From: a virus
Reading direction: 5' to 3' (one strand)
Length of the DNA stretch: 64,000 bases
Virus record (IMG/VR): IMGVR_UViG_3300027741_000025
Location: 1-64,000 of that record
Shown piece after piece: positions 57,304 through 64,000 of the stretch (positions are counted from its first letter, which is position 1; every line of letters begins with the position of its first letter). The translations under genes and the position numbers were made by a program. Below the pieces are notes generated by a model. It was not told where the DNA came from. It made no database searches and saw nothing but the letters and a program-made list of their open reading frames with translations.

Positions 57304-59562
57304 TTAAATGCCAGAAGCCTGATTTTCTGATGATTCCCCAGAAGTAATGGCTTGTTTTGCTCTTAGGGTGCTCTCATCTGCGGCTTTATCTGCCGGAGTA
57401 CCAGCACTAGATTCGCAGCAAGGAGTAGTTGGACACAATGCAAGAGGCTCTAGCATGAATATACTTGCTCCTTGTGCTGTGCAACTGGCACTTGCATAAA
57501 CTCTATCGCTCAACCTTAAGCAACCACCCACATATACAACAACAGGACCTAAGCATGGAACACATCCTTCATCATTGTTCTTTGGTTGGCAATCTTTACC
57601 GGCAAGCAATAAAATTTTCTCATTTGCTACAAATACATGTGACTTTTTAGTAACATTCACACAGTAATCTTCAGTAGAAACAACTTTGAGTCTGCTTACT
57701 ATCTCTACAGAATCAGATGGATTTTTTTCTGGGTCTCCGATTATTTCAACTTTATCTTTGCATGTAGAAACAACATACCGCCCCCCAGAACGTAAGAAAA
57801 TATAAGAATTTTCAGAGTTGGTGCTTTCTTGCATTCTTATTATGTGAGGTCCACAGCTGCCAGGTTTTGTTTTTTGAGGAGCAAGTAACTGGATGTATTG
57901 CTGTTGTGTTTCGTCTTGAGAAGATGAATCATTCATCATTATCTCCAGCCCATAGCCTGTTCTCATTTTAACATAGGCTTTTTTAGCCTTAGCTTTTGGA
58001 CTAGCTCCTTCTTTTCGAGTCTCAGAGCACTGTTCGTTTGCCTCATCACACATGTCTAGTGTGTGATTAGAAGTGCTTTGTATATGTATGCCTCTTCTGG
58101 ATCCTGCTGTGCAAGGAGCAATTGTATGATCATTTAATTCCACCTTATTACCAGTGGCAGTTTTTAACATTATGTAATTATTTTCACTTCTTGCTGGAAT
58201 ATCTCCGCTGGTCTCCAAGTCACTAATTTCTATAGAATGCCCTGTTGCACTTTTGAGATACATTCTCCCTGCAAAAGTATTGTTACAACCAAAATCAAAC
58301 GCCTTTGTTGACCTTGCCCAACCCATATCACCAGACGGCTCTTCAACACTGTCATCCATAACAAAAGTATGTCCAGATATACTCATAAACTGTATACCAG
58401 TTTGTGGTAAATCACACTTATTATTTTGTGGTGTATTTGGACCCTTATAAGGTCTGCACTCATTCTCATGTTTAAAATAAGGGTTATCTCCAACCTGACT
58501 ATCAGGATATTTAGAATTTGGGCTGCCTGTACTTGGATGTCCTCCTATAATTTTTTTATTACTTGTTTTACCATCGCAATCTAATTTTTCTTTCGGATTA
58601 TAGCCTATGGGACCAATATTTGTTGTTCGTGCTTCGGGTGAAATAGCGCTTTCTCCAAAAGCCTGATATCTACTTATTAATCCATACTGTTTAGTTGTAT
58701 CATCTTCTGGACTTCCTTCATCTTGTCCTGGGACACAACTCACATCTCCTGGCTTGGCTCCACAACTTGTGTGTGCCCACTGACCACCATAGTGCAAGTG
58801 ATCATCTTTAAACATCATCCAGTTACCACAGCTGGACATCAACTCCATTCTTTTCCATTTTCTATTGCACTTAGCATCTCCATCTACCATTTTAAGCATG
58901 TGTTTTTCTGGTGTCTTAAAGCCGTAGATATTTGGATATGTTATTCTTTTTTGAGCTTCTACATCTTGGGAAAAATCAACAATTGAATTAAGATCAAACC
59001 CATTATAGCTTTCTGTATTCCAAGGCGGCAGAACTTGACTTTCATCGTTAGCCCCTACTAAATATCCTTTTCTTTTGCCCTCATATATTTTTTTATATTC
59101 GCTGTCTGGACCTCCCATGGAGCTATACAGCCAATTATGTCTTCCTTGGGGTCCTCTATTTCTGTGCCAAACTGTTCCTAAATAATATGGCGCATTTCTA
59201 TCTCCATTTTCAAACATGATGGCAACAGTGCTGCCTGCAGGCGGAATCCAATTTAAGCCACAATCATCAATTCCACCCATGCTTGATATTGGATAAGCCC
59301 AAGGAAATTCTTTTAAAGGTCTTTTAGGATTGTGTAGAAATGGACAGAAAAATCTTATTCTGTTCATTTTCCATATATCAATAGTATCAATACAGAAAGC
59401 TAAATAAATACCGTGTAAAGTTTCTTCTTGTACGAAAACTTTCATTCCATCATTAAGAACACTTTGAACTACAGATTTTGTTTCATATCTCATGTTTCCA
59501 AATCGTGTTTCAATAGCCCTTAGTCTAAGGTCTATTTTCTTTAAATCTTCTGGGTTAAACAT
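57304..59562 (-). CDS. gp5: Baseplate central spike, gp5/VgrG-like
   Basis: OB-fold D....RIR...P...PWA.P......P..GS.V...FENGD...P.YLG; repeated S.SGH....DD strands. Confidence 0.8.
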   Translation of the reverse strand: MFNPEDLKKIDLRLRAIETRFGNMRYETKSVVQSVLNDGMKVFVQEETLHGIYLAFCIDTIDIWKMNRIRFFCPFLHNPKRPLKEFPWAYPISSMGGIDDCGLNWIPPAGSTVAIMFENGDRNAPYYLGTVWHRNRGPQGRHNWLYSSMGGPDSEYKKIYEGKRKGYLVGANDESQVLPPWNTESYNGFDLNSIVDFSQDVEAQKRITYPNIYGFKTPEKHMLKMVDGDAKCNRKWKRMELMSSCGNWMMFKDDHLHYGGQWAHTSCGAKPGDVSCVPGQDEGSPEDDTTKQYGLISRYQAFGESAISPEARTTNIGPIGYNPKEKLDCDGKTSNKKIIGGHPSTGSPNSKYPDSQVGDNPYFKHENECRPYKGPNTPQNNKCDLPQTGIQFMSISGHTFVMDDSVEEPSGDMGWARSTKAFDFGCNNTFAGRMYLKSATGHSIEISDLETSGDIPARSENNYIMLKTATGNKVELNDHTIAPCTAGSRRGIHIQSTSNHTLDMCDEANEQCSETRKEGASPKAKAKKAYVKMRTGYGLEIMMNDSSSQDETQQQYIQLLAPQKTKPGSCGPHIIRMQESTNSENSYIFLRSGGRYVVSTCKDKVEIIGDPEKNPSDSVEIVSRLKVVSTEDYCVNVTKKSHVFVANEKILLLAGKDCQPKNNDEGCVPCLGPVVVYVGGCLRLSDRVYASASCTAQGASIFMLEPLALCPTTPCCESSAGTPADKAADESTLRAKQAITSGESSENQASGI

Positions 59563-61136
59563 TATTTTACACACTTTCCACAGTTTTTATCTTCTGAAAT
59601 ATTGAGCTTAAATCCATCTGGGTCATCACCAAGAGGAGCATTTCTATTCATTTCAACATTTGGAGCATCTAACATCACCTTTAATATAGTGACATAAGAA
59701 CCGGATTTTATTTGATGATTAACCGACATTATTCGCCAGTTTTTATTACTAAAAACAGGATTGCAGGCTGGTTCTGCCAACCATTCTGGACAACCCGCAT
59801 CACTTAAAACCAAGTTTTGACTTTTCAAATGAAAAGGATTCACCACTATCAAAGATAGTGTTTTGCTAAAAAAATTTATTGGAAAAACATATTTAGGATC
59901 ACCTATTATTTTTAATTCTGCTTCTATTGATGGAATTATTTCTCTTGGAGCATTAGCTTTTTCATGAGCTGCATTTGCACTGGCAGTATCTTTGGCTTGT
60001 CGATCCGGAGCTCGGTTGTTATCCTGACCGCCAGTACTCATTTTAGAAGCTGTGCCTCCTTTATCTTTATCGCTTTCCGCGCAGCTAGCTCCTGCTTTTG
60101 CACCGGCTGCACTAGCACCCGCTTGAGAAGCACCAGATGATCCTGATGATGCAAATTGCCAATTGCATTGGGGGTTAAAGCTTAATACTGGGCTTTTATT
60201 TCCTCCGTTAACTATGTAAGTTCCAATATTAGCATGACACTCACTTAATCCTTCTTTTTCGTTTGGCTCTGGGTCCTCTAACAAAAGTATTGTTCCTCCT
60301 TCTTTTGGTATTCCTTTTGTTTCCTTTCCCTTCCACTGAAGAAGTATTCCTTTATCGTTTTCTGTTTTATATGGAGATATCCATCTTCTTAAAGTTGCCA
60401 ACTTATTTTGTTGGCAAGAACCCCACACACTTTTTGGACCTTCTTTTCCACCGTCTGAGTTTTTAAAATTCCACTCTTTTCCATCTTTGTCTACAAATTC
60501 TACATTTAAAGTTGGAGGCGGAAGGTTTTCCTTCATAAACTTTCTTATTGCTTCTTTTAAAGAAACTTTTTTATCTTCTGTTCCTATGTTACACTCTTGT
60601 CTTACTTCACTAATTCTTCCTACCATGTCTTGGGCTTCTAACGTGTATTTTATTTTACCTCCCTCGTAAACCACATTCATTTTTAGTGGAAGCAAATGTA
60701 TTGGAGATCCGTTTTCTGTCACAACAGAAAATTTTTGAACAGATTCTCCACCGCATTTCTTTTCAACTATCCACCCAAAGTCTAGCTCCACATAATTCAT
60801 ATCTCTCGAAACATCTCCAAGACTTTTGTTAAGTGCTTGAAAAGATTTTGTGAAATTTCCGCCTTGTTCATCGAATATTTCAATATTAACCCCCATTCCT
60901 TCAGAAGCACCATATTCCAAAGACGTAATAACAGCCGTGTTATCTCCATCGGGTCTGGAGTTGTTACCTACTGTTACCACCTCTTTATCAAATCCTATTT
61001 TTAATTCAACAAAAGTTGCAAAAGAATATCCTTCATATTTTTTATCTCCATCGATCACTCCGTCAAAAGGAAGTCTAGGGGGTCTGCCTGCACAAGAAAA
61101 TTTAGACAAACAATTAACTAAAAAATCTTCAGCCAT
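59562..61136 (-). CDS. Baseplate hub protein (gp27/gpD-like)
   Basis: LDFGW, AELKIIGDP, W.I.SV.H.I..G.Y.T; sits between LysM and gp5. Confidence 0.65.
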   Translation of the reverse strand: MAEDFLVNCLSKFSCAGRPPRLPFDGVIDGDKKYEGYSFATFVELKIGFDKEVVTVGNNSRPDGDNTAVITSLEYGASEGMGVNIEIFDEQGGNFTKSFQALNKSLGDVSRDMNYVELDFGWIVEKKCGGESVQKFSVVTENGSPIHLLPLKMNVVYEGGKIKYTLEAQDMVGRISEVRQECNIGTEDKKVSLKEAIRKFMKENLPPPTLNVEFVDKDGKEWNFKNSDGGKEGPKSVWGSCQQNKLATLRRWISPYKTENDKGILLQWKGKETKGIPKEGGTILLLEDPEPNEKEGLSECHANIGTYIVNGGNKSPVLSFNPQCNWQFASSGSSGASQAGASAAGAKAGASCAESDKDKGGTASKMSTGGQDNNRAPDRQAKDTASANAAHEKANAPREIIPSIEAELKIIGDPKYVFPINFFSKTLSLIVVNPFHLKSQNLVLSDAGCPEWLAEPACNPVFSNKNWRIMSVNHQIKSGSYVTILKVMLDAPNVEMNRNAPLGDDPDGFKLNISEDKNCGKCVK

Positions 61137-61147
61137 TTTTCCTCATT

Positions 61148-61474
61148 TCATGTTAAAATAGCATCAGGTATTCTTAAGTTTAATCCTGGCTTAAAATCAA
61201 ATATGTCTTTTATCCCATTGACTTCCATTATTTTCCACCAAAAGTCTGGTGTTCCATAAACTTTTTGAGATACTAAATCTGGTCTATATTCATAACCTGG
61301 GGATACAACCATGAACTTGTCATTTTGACTTGTTTTAAAATTTTTCTTTTTATACGTATTAAAAGTTATCAGTTTGTTTTCTGTATAATAAACAACAGTC
61401 GAGTTATAATATCTGCTTGAAAAATTTACAAATTTTGCAGGATTTGTTGTTGTTTCTTCATAGTAATTTGACAT
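61148..61474 (-). CDS. gp53-like LysM baseplate protein
   Basis: EYRPDLVS..VYG...FWWKI...N.I......PG..LRIP. Confidence 0.88.
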   Translation of the reverse strand: MSNYYEETTTNPAKFVNFSSRYYNSTVVYYTENKLITFNTYKKKNFKTSQNDKFMVVSPGYEYRPDLVSQKVYGTPDFWWKIMEVNGIKDIFDFKPGLNLRIPDAILT

Positions 61475-61476
61475 AA

Positions 61477-62013
61477 TCATGCCCCACTTCTTAATATTTT
61501 CGATTGACCAGGAAGACTATTGCTGCTGTACACGATATCCCATTGTGTGTCTACGCTAAATTTATAAGGTATTTTGGTTACTTCGTCCCAAGCTACATCT
61601 GTGGGAAATTTAACAGAGTAAGACTTTAGAACAGCACATATTGCTTTAGACTCACTTAAAAGTTTTCCGCAAGATAAAACACAAACTGGGGGAGGCGCAT
61701 AAGGGGCACCAGAGTTACCATCTCTTGGATAAACTGCACTTTGAATGGCTCTTAAATAACTTAAGTTTTTTACAGCATCTCCATCTTTTAAAATCATAAA
61801 GTAAGATGTCCAATTAATAGCCCTATTTTCTGAGTGTGAATAAGTTTTCATTGGAAAGCTTCTTCCAATTATTGGTTCATCATTATATTGAGCCGACTTT
61901 CCGTCAGATATATCTGGCAGTATTCTCATGGGAATTTTACCATAGCCAGGAATAGAAATATAACAATCTTCTATTGGATTTAATGTTCCCCCTGAAATTG
62001 TAGATTGCATCAT
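61477..62013 (-). CDS. Tail tube initiator-like protein
   Basis: ISD.KSA.Y....IIGRS.P...Y..S..R; YP....PPP.C.L..G. Confidence 0.7.
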   Translation of the reverse strand: MMQSTISGGTLNPIEDCYISIPGYGKIPMRILPDISDGKSAQYNDEPIIGRSFPMKTYSHSENRAINWTSYFMILKDGDAVKNLSYLRAIQSAVYPRDGNSGAPYAPPPVCVLSCGKLLSESKAICAVLKSYSVKFPTDVAWDEVTKIPYKFSVDTQWDIVYSSNSLPGQSKILRSGA

Positions 62014-62044
62014 GATTGATCCTCTTTAATAGTTTAGTATATTA

Positions 62045-64000
62045 TTATACATTAGCTATGTTTGTTATTCCCTTACTTGCAGTCTGATTAAAGCTGCCGG
62101 TAGACCACTTATAATACCTAGGAGGACTAGTCACCACAGAATTTGTAAGGGTGGAGCCACCCGCCTGACCTCCGCCGCCACTGCTAGAGGATGGTTGCAT
62201 GAGCGCCACCATATCTGTTAGCAATCCAACCATCTCTGTTAACTTCTCAACTTGTGTTTGACTGCTTCCAGCTATGGTTCCTAACTCTGGACCTCCTACG
62301 CTTGATACTGATGGTTCTTTTGTCACTTGATCTCTTTGAACTCTTTCGTGCATTGATGCTGATGTTGCTGTTTGTGCTGAAGTAGATTTAGTAGCACTTG
62401 CCGCTGATAAACTGTCATTTAAAAGCGTCCCAGCTTTACTTCCGAGCCAACTGGCTCCATCTAATACTTTTTGACCCGCCCACAAAGCTCCCTTTCCTAC
62501 CGTTTTCCAACCATCGATATATTTTTGCCCCAGCCACAGAGCGCCTTCGCCAACAGTCTTTCCTACCGCTTTCCAACCATCGATATATTTTTGCCCCAGC
62601 CACAGAGCGCCCTCGCCAATAGTCTTTGCCCCATCCCATAGTTTTGATCCTAAATTTTTTGTGCCTTCCCACAATGTTGATCCAAGATTTTTTGCACCAT
62701 CCCAAGCACTACTTGCTATCGACTTTGCTCCTTCCCATGCGCTGCCCGCTAGTTTTCCTGCACCACTTATTAGTCCGTCTCCAAAAAAGTCAATTCCTGC
62801 TGATAGTACAGGTCCTATAAACGGAATCGCCCCAGCCAGTCCGCTTGCCAGTTCTTTTACTGCTCCTCCAACATTTCCTTGAACCAATGCCGACAATGCA
62901 AACCCGGCGCCAGCCAAAGCGCCTATTCCAGGTAATTTCTTTAATAAACTTTTACCTACTCCTCCTAATCCTGCCTTGGCTATAAAACCGCCAGCCTTAC
63001 CAAACATACTTCCCATTAAACCGCCACTTTTACTAAATAGCCCCCCAGCTTTTGCAGCAACTCCCCCTGCTTTACCAAACAAACTACCTAACAAACCACC
63101 GCCTTTGCTTAACAATCCTCCGGCTTTTGTAGCAACTCCTCCTGCTTTACCAAACATACTCCCTAACAAACCTCCAGCCTTAGAGACAGCAGGATTTTTT
63201 GAAGCCTTTCCCCAAAGATTTCCCATCAATCCTTTGCCTTTTTCCATAACACCTGCTGCGCGAGCTTTTGCTTTACCGAATAACCTTCCCATTAATCCGT
63301 CAGATTTTCCGGCAATCTCTGCCGCAGCTCCAAGAGGAGAATCTGATATTGCTTCTGTAAGACCGCTGCAACAGCATCCGCTGCCTGATTCTGCCGCTTC
63401 TCCTCCTCCACCTCCAAAAAAAGATCCCAACATAGATTTACCAGCCCCAGCAACAGAAGATAATAATCTCTTGCCTTTTCCTAACAATCCTTTTCCCTTA
63501 CCCAGAACGCCAGCACCCGCACTCAACGCACTTGAACCTGCGCCTAAAATACTTTTGCCTGCTCCGCTATTTTTCATGCCACCAAAACCAGCCAAAACAG
63601 ATTTAAAAAATCCTTGTTGTGAATTTTTTGCTCCGCTAAAACCTTTCACAAAGCCAGAAAATAAGCTCTTGGAATAACCAGCTATTTCTGAAAAACCTGT
63701 TTTCATAGTTCCTGATATTAACGACACAATTGATCCTATTCCTTTCATTATCCCAAATGGTAATTTTGCAAAAAAGAATATTATTTTTGTGACAAGGTCT
63801 GGAACTATACTGTGTCCTACAAGTATGTCGTAAAGCCATCTAAATGGAGCTAATATACTATTAGCCAAATTGTTTGCCCAAGTTATAATTCCATTAAAGA
63901 TGCCTGTAAAGATACCTGTAAAGCTTGTGATAAAAGATCTATATAAACCTTGTCCTATTTTGAATATATCAAAAGTTGCTATTCCCTGTAATACTTCTGC
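62045..64000 (-). CDS. Tape measure protein, C-terminal part (partial)
   Basis: Frame open to the window end; 11-residue W-spaced repeats, Gly/Ala-rich repeats, hydrophobic segments; upstream of the baseplate genes. Confidence 0.8.
   Translation of the reverse strand, partial: AEVLQGIATFDIFKIGQGLYRSFITSFTGIFTGIFNGIITWANNLANSILAPFRWLYDILVGHSIVPDLVTKIIFFFAKLPFGIMKGIGSIVSLISGTMKTGFSEIAGYSKSLFSGFVKGFSGAKNSQQGFFKSVLAGFGGMKNSGAGKSILGAGSSALSAGAGVLGKGKGLLGKGKRLLSSVAGAGKSMLGSFFGGGGGEAAESGSGCCCSGLTEAISDSPLGAAAEIAGKSDGLMGRLFGKAKARAAGVMEKGKGLMGNLWGKASKNPAVSKAGGLLGSMFGKAGGVATKAGGLLSKGGGLLGSLFGKAGGVAAKAGGLFSKSGGLMGSMFGKAGGFIAKAGLGGVGKSLLKKLPGIGALAGAGFALSALVQGNVGGAVKELASGLAGAIPFIGPVLSAGIDFFGDGLISGAGKLAGSAWEGAKSIASSAWDGAKNLGSTLWEGTKNLGSKLWDGAKTIGEGALWLGQKYIDGWKAVGKTVGEGALWLGQKYIDGWKTVGKGALWAGQKVLDGASWLGSKAGTLLNDSLSAASATKSTSAQTATSASMHERVQRDQVTKEPSVSSVGGPELGTIAGSSQTQVEKLTEMVGLLTDMVALMQPSSSSGGGGQAGGSTLTNSVVTSPPRYYKWSTGSFNQTASKGITNIANV

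Noticed and set aside
51559-64000. Baseplate cluster as an extracellular contractile injection system or tailocin
   Set aside because: Capsid, protease, terminase and primase genes are in the same window, so this is a phage
1-64000. Alternative genetic code (stop-codon recoding)
   Set aside because: Core genes are full length in code 11, and TAA, TAG and TGA all end genes with tight overlaps
1-64000. tRNA genes, introns or inteins
   Set aside because: No cloverleaf in the few intergenic gaps; terminase, primase and MCP are uninterrupted and of ordinary length (judged by eye only)

Overview
The window is 64 kb of an AT-rich, densely coding T4-like (myovirus) large or jumbo phage genome read in the standard bacterial code. 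It holds the head module (gp23-like major capsid protein, scaffold, gp21-like prohead protease, a 593-aa core-like protein), the large terminase, a baseplate/tail module (tape measure fragment, tube initiator, gp53/LysM, hub, gp5, gp25, gp6, gp7-like, fibre-like proteins), primase, a Cas4-like nuclease, an actin-fold ATPase, four non-head proteases, a bacterioferritin-like gene and a tnpB-only IS200/IS605 element. I found no portal, sheath, tRNA or CRISPR array. The protease families hint at a Planctomycetota host (inference). Most notable: (1) downstream of the capsid gene is a Zn-finger/NUMOD3 plus TnsA-like endonuclease cassette whose 3' flank carries two short, synonymously recoded copies of capsid-gene segments (LREGAKFY and FAPAPSE), in opposite orientations around a hairpin. 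This may be an undescribed capsid-targeting inter-phage competition system. (2) About 14 mostly unrelated proteins share an N-terminal MKSFxEW..E tag resembling the T4 capsid-targeting sequence, among them a kinase-like, a Cys-protease-like and a metallothionein-like protein. (3) Several unnamed motifs recur across unrelated proteins: a ~60-aa SxQR..DGE module, a C-terminal tag on exported proteases, and an AEHHN domain. All calls come from motif recognition by eye; no database search was run.
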